From a bacterium (GTDB lineage: Bacteria > Bacillota_I > Bacilli_A > RFN20 > CAG-826): DNA of 64,000 bases. The stretch covers positions 8,445 to 72,444 of the forward strand of contig JAQXNS010000077.1 in the NCBI GenBank assembly GCA_029098125.1, given 5' to 3'. Each line of letters starts with the position of its first letter. Positions within the stretch are counted from its first letter, which is position 1. Shown in pieces: positions 29,539-38,730 of the stretch. A program made the position numbers and the translations under genes. The notes beneath the pieces are model-generated. The model had not been told where the DNA came from. It ran no database searches and worked only from the letters and a program-made list of their open reading frames with translations.

Positions 29539-30043
29539 CTAAATGCAACATGTATAAAAAAGTATAAAAAATGACAACAAAAAAGTATTAAAAATGTAAA
29601 AAAGTCAACAAAATTGGCGATTTGTTTTTATATTCAATTCGCATATAATTATTTAGTAGTTTCAATAATATTCTATATATTTTATCTTTTCATGGATTTT
29701 TGATCATATTTTTTACAATTTGAATTTGTATACACAGATTTTGATAAATTGCTTAATTTTCATGAATTATCGCTAATTATCATAATTTTTTCAAAATATA
29801 TAATGTTTTTTGTTTTAATTACTTGTGAATTAACTAAGTAAAATCACTGAAATTATTGACTATGGAGTAATAATTTTTTTGATAATTAATCCTTCCAAAA
29901 CTAAATGCAACTTTATAATAGGCGATTTGCGTTTACTTTTGGAAATTTGTAATGAGGTTGAGTGGAAAAGTTAAGATATTGTTGATAATTATCGCTAAAA
30001 ATATGGAATTTTATTTATCTTTCCACACCATTTTAAAGTAAAA

Positions 30044-30108
30044 GGGAGCGGTATAAATGAACCAAGGATGTTTTGTACAAACATAAATGATTCGCTTTTT
30101 ACGCTCCC
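30044..30108 (-). terminator. Possible queA terminator (7-bp GC stem, large structured loop)
   Basis: GGGAGCG ... CGCTCCC, followed on the minus strand by TTTTACTTTAAAA. The loop holds an inner ATGTTT/AAACAT hairpin. Confidence 0.35.
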
Positions 30109-30122
30109 TAAAATGTTAAAAA

Positions 30123-31148
30123 TTAATAAATAAACATCGAATCGCCAAATGAAAAAAATCTATATTTTTCTTTAACAGCATGTTCGTAACATTCAAGAGT
30201 AAACTCTCTTCCCATGAATGCACTTACAAGCATTACAAGTGTTGATTTAGGTAAATGAAAATTTGTAATTAAGCAATCAATTGCTCTAAATTCATATCCT
30301 GGAGAAATAAAAATATTAGTTTCGCTTTTTTCTTCTTTAAAACAACCAAATTTTTGAAAGTTAGCTTCAAGTGTTCTTACACTTGTAGTACCAATAGCAA
30401 TAATTCGTCTATTTTCACTTTTTGCTTTATTCAAATAATCAGCAGTTTCTTTACTCATTTCATAAGATTCATAATGCATTTTATGCTCATTTGTATCTTT
30501 CACTTTAACTGGTCTAAAAGTTCCAAGTCCAATGTTTAAGGTCACTTCTACAACTGTTACACCTTTTTCTTCTAATTTTTTGAATAATTCTTGTGTGAAA
30601 TGAAAACCTGCAGTTGGCGCTGCCGCACTTCCTTCAACTTTTGCATAAACAGTTTGATATTCATCATTGTTTTTGCAAGCTTTATGAATATAAGGAGGGA
30701 GAGGCATCGTTCCAATTTTGTCTAGTTCTTCTAGAAAAATACCATTATAAAAAAACTTTATATGCCTAATACCTTCATCTTTAATCTCAAGACATTCGCC
30801 GATCAAAATGTCATCTTTAAAATGCAAACGGGTACCAACTTTAATTGCTTTAGCATTTCCACATAAACATTCCCAAGTGTCATCTCCAAGATCTTTTAAT
30901 AAAAGGACTTCAACATGTGCACCTGTTCCTTCTTTTGTGGCAAATAGTCGTGCAGGAATTACTTTTGTATTGTTCCTAACTAAAACATCACCAGGTTTTA
31001 GATAGTCAATTATATCTTTAAAAATTTTATCTTCAAAAGTTTTGCTTGTTTTATTTACAGCAAGCAAGCGGCATTCATCTCTAATTTTACTTGGCTCTTG
31101 GGCAATCAGTTCTTCAGGTAAATAATAATTAAAAAGTTCAATATCCAT
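30123..31148 (-). CDS. queA: S-adenosylmethionine:tRNA ribosyltransferase-isomerase
   Basis: LFNYYLPEELIAQEP, PTAGFHFT and LPKSTL motifs. Confidence 0.93.
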   Translation of the reverse strand: MDIELFNYYLPEELIAQEPSKIRDECRLLAVNKTSKTFEDKIFKDIIDYLKPGDVLVRNNTKVIPARLFATKEGTGAHVEVLLLKDLGDDTWECLCGNAKAIKVGTRLHFKDDILIGECLEIKDEGIRHIKFFYNGIFLEELDKIGTMPLPPYIHKACKNNDEYQTVYAKVEGSAAAPTAGFHFTQELFKKLEEKGVTVVEVTLNIGLGTFRPVKVKDTNEHKMHYESYEMSKETADYLNKAKSENRRIIAIGTTSVRTLEANFQKFGCFKEEKSETNIFISPGYEFRAIDCLITNFHLPKSTLVMLVSAFMGREFTLECYEHAVKEKYRFFSFGDSMFIY

Positions 31149-31159
31149 AAAAAATTTCT

Positions 31160-32296
<1,137 letters not shown>

Positions 32297-32881
32297 TTAC
32301 CATTTATAATCTAAATTTCTTGTTGCAATTATTAAATTATTAAAACTTTTTACTTTTTTTGTAAATGTTAGAAAAAGAGGATAACCTACGCAAGTAATGC
32401 AGACAAATTCTCCTAAAAAGACCCATCCAAACATAACCCAATAAAATGAATCAAGAGCCATTTCTTCACTTGTTCCAAGACTTGAAAGAATAATAATAAA
32501 TGGAACAATTATTGCATTAATGATTGAAGGAATTAAACCAGCAAGAAATAATGATTTAACTAATTTTGATAATCCAATCATCAATAAACAACTAATTAAA
32601 GTTGCTAGTGTTCCAAATATAATATCAAGAGGTCCAACTGTTGACATTAAATTTGCAAGCAAACAACCAAGAGTCAATCCGATTGTATATGTTGGGTTAA
32701 AAAATACGAGTAGATTCAATGCTTCTGAGAATCTAAATTGTGAAAAACTATAACTTAATGGTCCACAAATTATAGTTACAACTGCGTATAGACAAGCTAT
32801 AAAAGCATTCGCAGTAATTGCTCTTGAGTCTAAATTTGTCTTAAACCAAGAGCTGAGTTTTGAGCATTCATTTGCTTTCAT
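32297..32881 (-). CDS. queT: Queuosine-precursor transporter QueT (ECF S-component-like)
   Basis: Multi-TM protein with a QFRFSEALNLL motif typical of the QueT family. Sits directly upstream of tgt-queA. Confidence 0.75.
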   Translation of the reverse strand: MKANECSKLSSWFKTNLDSRAITANAFIACLYAVVTIICGPLSYSFSQFRFSEALNLLVFFNPTYTIGLTLGCLLANLMSTVGPLDIIFGTLATLISCLLMIGLSKLVKSLFLAGLIPSIINAIIVPFIIILSSLGTSEEMALDSFYWVMFGWVFLGEFVCITCVGYPLFLTFTKKVKSFNNLIIATRNLDYKW

Positions 32882-32884
32882 AAA

Positions 32885-32936
32885 AAGCCCCCCTGTTAAA
32901 TTTTACGTGTGGTTAGTCATGGGAAGACACACGAGT
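32885..32936 (-). promoter_or_regulatory. Candidate preQ1 riboswitch (H-type pseudoknot sequestering the SD)
   Basis: Minus-strand RNA: CGUGUG-UCUUCCCAUGACUAAC-CACACG-UAAAAUUUAACAGGGGGGCUUUUU-AUG. It has a 6-bp P1, a loop that starts UC and ends AAC, and an A-rich tail. The loop CCC can pair with the G-run that serves as SD. The architecture resembles preQ1-I aptamers, and the queT context fits. Confidence 0.5.
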
Positions 32937-32944
32937 CGATTGAA

Positions 32945-32953
32945 ATTATATCA
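32945..32953 (-). promoter_or_regulatory. Extended -10 promoter element for queT-tgt-queA
   Basis: TGATATAAT (TGnTATAAT) on the minus strand, about 10 nt upstream of the riboswitch-like hairpin. Confidence 0.4.
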
Positions 32954-32980
32954 TAAATAAATCAAATAAAACTATTAAAA

Positions 32981-33043
32981 AAGGATCTACTAATAACCAT
33001 TATCATCGACGTATTATACATATCGCTTTTTTAGTAGATCCTT
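32981..33043. repeat. Perfect 13-bp inverted repeat with 37-nt spacer
   Basis: AAGGATCTACTAA (32981-32993) and TTAGTAGATCCTT (33031-33043). Lies in the divergent queT / PfkB intergenic region. On the minus strand the 3' arm is followed by TTTTTAATAG. Confidence 0.7.
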
Positions 33044-33240
33044 CAAGTAAGGTGATGATATATTTTAGGCACTAAATATATCTTCTTAAACTCATTTTAT
33101 AAAATGTTTTTTAAATAATCAATCTAAATAAAATTTCTAGATTCAAGTTAAGTTGAATATAATCATAACAGCAATAACTTAAAAAGATTCTGATTATTTT
33201 TTACAATTCATCATTAAAAATAAATTTTATTATTCATTAT

Positions 33241-33268
33241 TTAGAAATTTATATTTTTATATTATAAT
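33241..33268 (+). promoter_or_regulatory. Putative promoter of the PfkB kinase gene
   Basis: TTAGAA, a 16-nt spacer, then TATAAT, followed by an AAAGGAG SD. Confidence 0.4.
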
Positions 33269-33295
33269 GTTGAAAAGGAGCTATTTAATAACCAT

Positions 33296-34240
33296 ATGAA
33301 AAACAAAATAATTTACGTTTCAGGTATAATTAATTTTGAAACGATTGTCGACGTTGATGCGTTCCCAATTTTTTATTGCCCTGTAGAATATCCATTCTTC
33401 GGCATCAACAGCACAGTTAGTGGCCAAGCATATAATATCGCAAAAGCCCTAAAAACTCTCGGAGGAAATAAAGTCATTCTTAGTGGGCACGTAGGAAATG
33501 ATTTTTTAGGAAAAATAGTTGTAAACGAAATCAAATCAGCCGGAATCGATACTTCTACAATTAATTACACACTTGAAAGCACACCTAATTCAGTAGTTTT
33601 AGTAGATAGAGATAGAAATACTAAATTCTACGATGATTTAAAAGATATCCAAGGAATTCAAAAAGAACTTGATAAAGAAATCGAAAAAATTAAAGAAAGT
33701 GACATAGTTGTTTTATCAAATACAAACTTCAACAGACCACTTTTAGAAAAAGCAAGAGAATTAAATAAGAAAATCGCAACTGATGTTCATATTATCGGAT
33801 CAATTGACGATGAATATAATAAAGAATTCATGCAATATAGTGACATCTTATTTATGTCAAATAAAGGTCTTGAAAATTTAAATTATGAAGACTTCTTAAT
33901 CTCCATTTATGCAAAATACCATAATGAAATTATTGTTCTTGGAGAAGGAAGAGATGGTGCAATGATTCTCGATTCAAAGAAAAGAGTTGTTTACCACATT
34001 GACGCAATCACATTAAGAACGATTATTAATACAGTCGGAAGTAGAGATGCATTGTTCTCCTCATTCATCCACTTCTACACAAGAACTAATGATGCTCTTC
34101 AATCATTAAAACTTGCAACTGTATTTACATCATACAAACTTGGAGAATCAGGCGGAGCAGCTGGATTCTTAAAAGCAAAAGATGTTAAAGAGCTCGCTAA
34201 ATCCGTCGATTTCGATGTCTATAAAATTAAAGAATTTTAA
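33296..34240 (+). CDS. PfkB-family carbohydrate/nucleoside kinase
   Basis: Ribokinase-like N-terminal pattern (GQAYNIAKALKTLGG). The C-terminal motif is NTVGSRDALFSSF in place of the canonical DTxGAGD. Confidence 0.65.
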   Translation: MKNKIIYVSGIINFETIVDVDAFPIFYCPVEYPFFGINSTVSGQAYNIAKALKTLGGNKVILSGHVGNDFLGKIVVNEIKSAGIDTSTINYTLESTPNSVVLVDRDRNTKFYDDLKDIQGIQKELDKEIEKIKESDIVVLSNTNFNRPLLEKARELNKKIATDVHIIGSIDDEYNKEFMQYSDILFMSNKGLENLNYEDFLISIYAKYHNEIIVLGEGRDGAMILDSKKRVVYHIDAITLRTIINTVGSRDALFSSFIHFYTRTNDALQSLKLATVFTSYKLGESGGAAGFLKAKDVKELAKSVDFDVYKIKEF

Positions 34241-34263
34241 TTAAAAAATTATTGTTTATAAAA

Positions 34264-34295
34264 AGTCCCACACATAATTCCGTGGGACTTTTTTT
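34264..34295. terminator. Bidirectional rho-independent terminator between PfkB kinase and guaD
   Basis: AGTCCCAC-N10-GTGGGACT, flanked by an A-run and T7. Confidence 0.7.
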
Positions 34296-34330
34296 CAAAA
34301 ATAGTCGATTTCTGCAGGGTTTTTGATAAT
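34296..34330 (-). repeat. Dispersed 30-35 nt repeat, copy 5
   Basis: Minus strand reads ATTATCAAAAACCCTGCAGAAATCGACTATTTTTG. Lies between the guaD stop and the bidirectional terminator. Confidence 0.75.
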
Positions 34331-34332
34331 TT

Positions 34333-34785
34333 TTAGTATTTTTTTGTGTTCATTGAAGCGAACTCTTCATATAGTTTTAAGCATTCATTTCTATCTAATT
34401 CTTCAACAAAATCTTTTCTGTCGTCCTTCATAATATCGTAAAATTTTAGATCTCTAAATCCAATAATTTCGGTGTCGTTTATGTTGCATCCATAATAAAT
34501 TTTATCAATGTTGGCCCATAAAATTGCACCCATACACATTGGACAAGGTTCTCCTGTTGTATAAATTGCTGAGCCACTTAAATCAAATGTTCCAAGTCTT
34601 TTGCATGCATCATGAATTGCCATAATTTCACCATGACATGTTGGATCATTGTTTTTTAAGACTTCATTATGGCCACGACCAATAATAATGTCATCCTTAA
34701 CGATTACAGCTCCAAACGGACCTCCATGATGATTTGTTATTCCATTTTTTGCTTCTTTAATTGCTTCTTCCATGTACTTATTCAT
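34333..34785 (-). CDS. guaD: Guanine deaminase (CDA-fold, GuaD-type)
   Basis: GGPFGAVIVKDD, NDPTCHGE, EPCPMCMGAILWA and a C-terminal KKY closely follow my recollection of the B. subtilis GuaD sequence pattern. Confidence 0.75.
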   Translation of the reverse strand: MNKYMEEAIKEAKNGITNHHGGPFGAVIVKDDIIIGRGHNEVLKNNDPTCHGEIMAIHDACKRLGTFDLSGSAIYTTGEPCPMCMGAILWANIDKIYYGCNINDTEIIGFRDLKFYDIMKDDRKDFVEELDRNECLKLYEEFASMNTKKY

Positions 34786-34857
34786 AATAAATCCTTTTTT
34801 AATAATATATAGACTATAGTATCCCTTATTTGATAAATTATATTCTAAACCTAATAA

Positions 34858-36744
34858 CTATTTATTATTTTCTAGAATATCTAATATTTCAAAATATTCT
34901 TGTTCAAGTTCAGATTTTTCATCATTTAGAGCATCAATTATTGAATAATCCTCAAAGTCCATCGACAATTGCTCATCAATATCGTTAAGTTTTTCTTCAA
35001 TATCTTTCAATTTTTCTTTTAGCTCTTTGATTTTATTATTAGATAGCTTATTTTTTATTTCTAATTTGTCATAGACCAACGGTTTTTCTACCTTTTCTTT
35101 CATTTCCTCTTTTCTTTCTAAGATACTAAAATCATTTTCTTCTTTAAAATCATCATAGTTTCCTTCAATAATTTTAGTCTCATCTTGAGAAATGAATAAA
35201 ATGTGTGTTGCTAATGAGTTAATAAAATATCTATCGTGAGAAACAAAAATAATAGCTCCCTTATAATCTTTTAAAGTTGAGAGTAGACATTCTTTAGTAA
35301 CAAGATCAAGATGGTTTGTTGGTTCATCAAGAATCAAAACATCATATTCCTTTAACGATAAATCGCATAGTACTAGTCTCATTCTTTCCCCATTTGAAAG
35401 TAAAGCACAGTTCTTAAAAACATCTTCTTTTCTAAATAAGAATCTTCCGAGCGCGCTGCGAAGCTCTTTTTCAACTTTTGTAGGGTATTTCTTTTGTAGG
35501 TATTCCAAGCATGTATCTTTACTAAAAAATTCATAATCATTTTGCTTGATATAGCCAATTTTTAAAGGCCTTAATTCTTTAAAAACCCCGCTAATCGCAG
35601 GTATTTCTTTCAAAATCGTTTTTATTAAGGTCGTTTTACCAACCCCATTGTCGCCGATCATTGCTAATCTATCTTTCCCATAAAGTGTGAAAGAAAAAGG
35701 TGGAAATAATGCTTTTGTATAACCACAACTTAAGTCTTTAATTTCTAACAGTCCTTTACTTTTTAAATTACTTCCTTCAATTCTAAATTTAATATTTTTA
35801 TTTTCTTTAATAGGCCTATCAATGTGACTTGCTTCTAGTTTTTGAAGTTTATGAACTCTATCTTTTGCTCTTCCAACAAATCGTGGTTTTGGCATGTAAA
35901 ACTCAATAAATTTTTTGAGTCTCTCAATTTCCTCTTCTTCTTTATTAAATCTTTCGAGTTCTTGTTGATAGCGAAGTTCTTTTTCTTTTAAATAATCATC
36001 ATATCCAAGGCTGTATGTTGTGATTTTTTTATTTTCTAAATCTAAAATTTTTGTTGCTAGTTTGTCTAAAAAATATCTATCGTGTGATATAAAAAGAATA
36101 GTGCCTTTAAAAGTTGAAAGATATTCTTCAAGCCATTCGATTGTTGAAATATCAAGGTGGTTTGTTGGTTCGTCAAGTAACAAAATATCATAAGAACCCA
36201 AAAGTAATTTAATAAAAGCTATTTTCATCCTTTCTCCACCGCTTAGTGTTTTAACTTGCTTTGTTAAAATTGATAAAGGGAAATGGAATCTTGTTAGATA
36301 ATTTTCAATCTTGTTATCAAGATTAAAAGCATCTAACTGGTTCAATTCTTCAAGTCTTTTATTGTATTCTTCAAGTATTTTTTCATCATGATTTTGACTT
36401 AAAAGTACAGTTATTTTATTAAAATCATCTATTTTTTTAAAAATTTCTACAAAAGCAGTCTCAAGTTCTTCTTTAACTGTGTGATTAATATCTTGAATTG
36501 CATCCTGATTTAAGTAACCTATTTTTGTTCCATTTAATATAGAGATATCACCTGGTTTGTCTTCTTTTTGAACAAGTGTTGGTTCTTCTTCTTTTAATAT
36601 AAGTTTAAATAAAGTAGTTTTACCAACGCCATTTGGTCCAACAAGTGCAACACGTTCTCCTTTATTAATGCTAAAAGAAACATGATCAAGAATCATGTTT
36701 GAAGAATAGTATTTAGTTACATTTGAAAATGAAATTAAAGACAT
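34858..36744 (-). CDS. ABC-F family ATPase (two NBDs, no TM domain, C-terminal coiled coil)
   Basis: Two Walker A motifs (GPNGVGKTT, GDNGVGKTT), two LSGGE signatures, a charged linker and a C-terminal K/E-rich helix. Confidence 0.85.
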   Translation of the reverse strand: MSLISFSNVTKYYSSNMILDHVSFSINKGERVALVGPNGVGKTTLFKLILKEEEPTLVQKEDKPGDISILNGTKIGYLNQDAIQDINHTVKEELETAFVEIFKKIDDFNKITVLLSQNHDEKILEEYNKRLEELNQLDAFNLDNKIENYLTRFHFPLSILTKQVKTLSGGERMKIAFIKLLLGSYDILLLDEPTNHLDISTIEWLEEYLSTFKGTILFISHDRYFLDKLATKILDLENKKITTYSLGYDDYLKEKELRYQQELERFNKEEEEIERLKKFIEFYMPKPRFVGRAKDRVHKLQKLEASHIDRPIKENKNIKFRIEGSNLKSKGLLEIKDLSCGYTKALFPPFSFTLYGKDRLAMIGDNGVGKTTLIKTILKEIPAISGVFKELRPLKIGYIKQNDYEFFSKDTCLEYLQKKYPTKVEKELRSALGRFLFRKEDVFKNCALLSNGERMRLVLCDLSLKEYDVLILDEPTNHLDLVTKECLLSTLKDYKGAIIFVSHDRYFINSLATHILFISQDETKIIEGNYDDFKEENDFSILERKEEMKEKVEKPLVYDKLEIKNKLSNNKIKELKEKLKDIEEKLNDIDEQLSMDFEDYSIIDALNDEKSELEQEYFEILDILENNK

Positions 36745-36791
36745 AGCAAAATGAATTATACAAATTTTAAAATTTTTTTACTATATAAAAA

Positions 36792-36815
36792 CACCTAGAG
36801 GTTTCCTCTAGGTGG
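36792..36815 (-). terminator. Rho-independent terminator after the DagK-like gene
   Basis: CCACCTAGAGG-AAA-CCTCTAGGTG followed by TTTTTATAT on the minus strand. Confidence 0.75.
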
Positions 36816-36833
36816 TCTGTAATTAAATCGATT

Positions 36834-37673
36834 TTATTTTGTTACCTCGTATGAAATTATATTGTCGAAACTTTCACCATCGATTTGAAGAGCTGTTGGC
36901 TTATCAAAAGTGACTTTAATGTGTTTACCAGAAAGTGTAGTAACTTTTTTAACTTTTTTAACATGTTCGCCTTTAAAAATTGAAGGGAAAGCCATTAAAG
37001 CTGTCAATCTATTAAAATTATGCCAGACACAAAGAGTTATAGTATCTGATAATCTGTCTTGATCTGGTGCAGTTTTCATACCTCCACCATAATATCTTCC
37101 ATTCATAGCGCTTGCTAAGAATACACTCTTATAATTTAAAACTTTTCCATCAATTTCAATTGTAGCTTTAACTTTTTTGTATTTTGTAAGCAATAATTTA
37201 ATTGATAAACTTGTGTAATTGATATCATTTTGACCGTTCGCCTTCATTTTGTCGGCTTCAACGCAAACTAAACCGTCAATTCCAAAGCCAACGCCATTAA
37301 TAAATTTATATTCTTTATCTAAAATTTTAACTGTTGGTAATTTTTTAAAATATGGATTTAATAAAACATAATCTTTATCTAAAGAATCGATATCTCTCAA
37401 AAAATCATTTCCATTACCTGATTTATATAAGTAAATATCAAAATTAATCTTATCAGTATCTACATAATTAATTAATTTATTAAGTGTTCCATCACCACCA
37501 CATAAAAATACATCATCGCCATCTTTAATATTAAGAAGAAAATTGTGAATGTCAGTTTTTGTAGCATCTAAAAAACTAATAGTTTTTGAAGGGTCAATCG
37601 CTCCGATTCTACTTTTTAATTCTTCTTGTGTGTATTTAATTGTGGCTAAAGGGTTAAAAAGAACGTATCTCAT
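36834..37673 (-). CDS. Diacylglycerol/lipid kinase catalytic-domain protein (DagK/YegS-like)
   Basis: CGGDGTLN motif and overall DAGK_cat layout. Confidence 0.75.
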   Translation of the reverse strand: MRYVLFNPLATIKYTQEELKSRIGAIDPSKTISFLDATKTDIHNFLLNIKDGDDVFLCGGDGTLNKLINYVDTDKINFDIYLYKSGNGNDFLRDIDSLDKDYVLLNPYFKKLPTVKILDKEYKFINGVGFGIDGLVCVEADKMKANGQNDINYTSLSIKLLLTKYKKVKATIEIDGKVLNYKSVFLASAMNGRYYGGGMKTAPDQDRLSDTITLCVWHNFNRLTALMAFPSIFKGEHVKKVKKVTTLSGKHIKVTFDKPTALQIDGESFDNIISYEVTK

Positions 37674-37674
37674 A

Positions 37675-38571
37675 TCAAATTTCCTCCTTAAGATATTGTC
37701 CGATTATTTCTTTTGATAAATTTGCTAATTCAATTGTATTTAAATCTTTATAGTCATCATAATATAGAACTTTAATAAGATGGCATTTTATATGATGTAT
37801 TTTAATTAGAAGTCCATTATTTACTTTATCTGTGTTTTTTAAAGCAAAAATTACAATTGGAACATGACTTTTTTTCGCTAGATTAAAACAACCAGGTCTA
37901 AATTCAGCTAAACTATAATCTTCGTTGAGAATTCTTGTACCTTCAGGGAAAACACCAACAGAGCATTTTTCACTCTTATCATTTAAGATATTTATTCCTT
38001 TTCTAATTGCTAAAAGTTCTTGCTTTAAGTTTTTTCTATCTAAACAAATATAATTGCAACCATGAATTAATCTACCAACAAATGGAATTTTAAAAAGAGA
38101 TTTTTTTGCAACAAAAACTAATGGGTAATCTTTAAGATAATTATCAATTACCAAAGAATCTAGGTTCGATCTATGATTTGAAATAATCAAAGCTTGTTCA
38201 ATTCCATCAAATCTTTCAATGCCGGAATATTCGATTTTCATTGAAAACAAGGAAAATAGAAATTTGTTATAAAAAAGTAAAACACTACGATAAAACTTTG
38301 ATTGCTTCTCTCTTTCTTTATTTTTTGATTCACCAATAGTTAAAATAAACAAAATAATAAAGAATAAAACTGCAATCCCTATTATAAATAAGATTGAAAA
38401 TGCGATTGCGATGAGAACTTTATAAATTAATTCAAAATTGTTAAAACCTAAAAAAGCGGTAATACACCCTAATGCAATTGATAGAAGAATAATTATTACT
38501 TTAATCATAAATTGACTAATTTTTAAGCCCTGACATTTAAAGATTTTATCAAAAATACCAGAATATTTCAT
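37675..38571 (-). CDS. Membrane-anchored 1-acyl-sn-glycerol-3-phosphate acyltransferase-like protein
   Basis: N-terminal TM helices, then NHRSNLD (HX4D) and FPEGTR acyltransferase motifs. Confidence 0.8.
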   Translation of the reverse strand: MKYSGIFDKIFKCQGLKISQFMIKVIIILLSIALGCITAFLGFNNFELIYKVLIAIAFSILFIIGIAVLFFIILFILTIGESKNKEREKQSKFYRSVLLFYNKFLFSLFSMKIEYSGIERFDGIEQALIISNHRSNLDSLVIDNYLKDYPLVFVAKKSLFKIPFVGRLIHGCNYICLDRKNLKQELLAIRKGINILNDKSEKCSVGVFPEGTRILNEDYSLAEFRPGCFNLAKKSHVPIVIFALKNTDKVNNGLLIKIHHIKCHLIKVLYYDDYKDLNTIELANLSKEIIGQYLKEEI

Positions 38572-38646
38572 TATGTTTTTATGATATTGTGTATGATTTT
38601 TTGATACAAAAAAATATAATAGAATATTTCATTTCACTATAAAAAA

Positions 38647-38678
38647 TCGAAAAAACCCTGCAAAACACCAATATTTTT
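38647..38678 (+). repeat. Dispersed 30-35 nt repeat, copy 1
   Basis: TCGAAAAAACCCTGCAAAACACCAATATTTTT. Lies between the prs terminator and the plsC-like start. Confidence 0.75.
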
Positions 38679-38688
38679 GTATAATTTT

Positions 38689-38717
38689 AAAAAGCTCTGA
38701 AATTTCAGAGCTTTTTA
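38689..38717. terminator. Bidirectional terminator after prs
   Basis: AAAAAGCTCTGAAATTTCAGAGCTTTTT, a perfect palindromic stem with flanking A/T runs. Confidence 0.8.
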
Positions 38718-38730
38718 ATGTTTAAATCAA

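Noticed and set aside
29500-29910. CRISPR-like reading of the repeated AAATGCAAC words
   Set aside because: The repeats are only about 9-11 nt, irregularly spaced (about 20, 10 and 360 bp) and partly inverted. No cas genes are present.
29952-30041. Small plus-strand ORFs in the spacer: a 29-aa ORF (MRLSGKVKILLIIIAKNMEFYLSFHTILK), and a 9-codon ORF at 30056-30085 behind an AAGGGAG SD
   Set aside because: No downstream plus-strand gene exists for them to regulate. The first has no convincing SD. The second overlaps the putative queA terminator stem, so its SD-like GGGAG is explained by the hairpin arm.
29347-30122. Replication origin (oriC) hypothesis for the AT-rich spacer with DnaA-box-like words
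   Set aside because: There is no dnaA or dnaN nearby. Gene orientation does not switch across the spacer: both flanks, including the ribosomal superoperon, stay on the minus strand. The boxes are 8/9 matches only. I kept it as a possible DnaA-box cluster, not an origin.
34296-34330. Reading the dispersed repeat as protein-coding (reverse frame K-I-V-[DE]-F-C-R-V-F; forward frame K-N-P-A-[KE]-[LIV]-[NDH]-Y-F-stop)
   Set aside because: A conserved nucleotide motif gives a conserved peptide in every frame. Most intergenic copies lack a start codon or SD, and copy 3 has a stop inside. The two CDS-embedded copies are read in opposite orientations. Conservative-looking substitutions appear in both frames, so they are not diagnostic.
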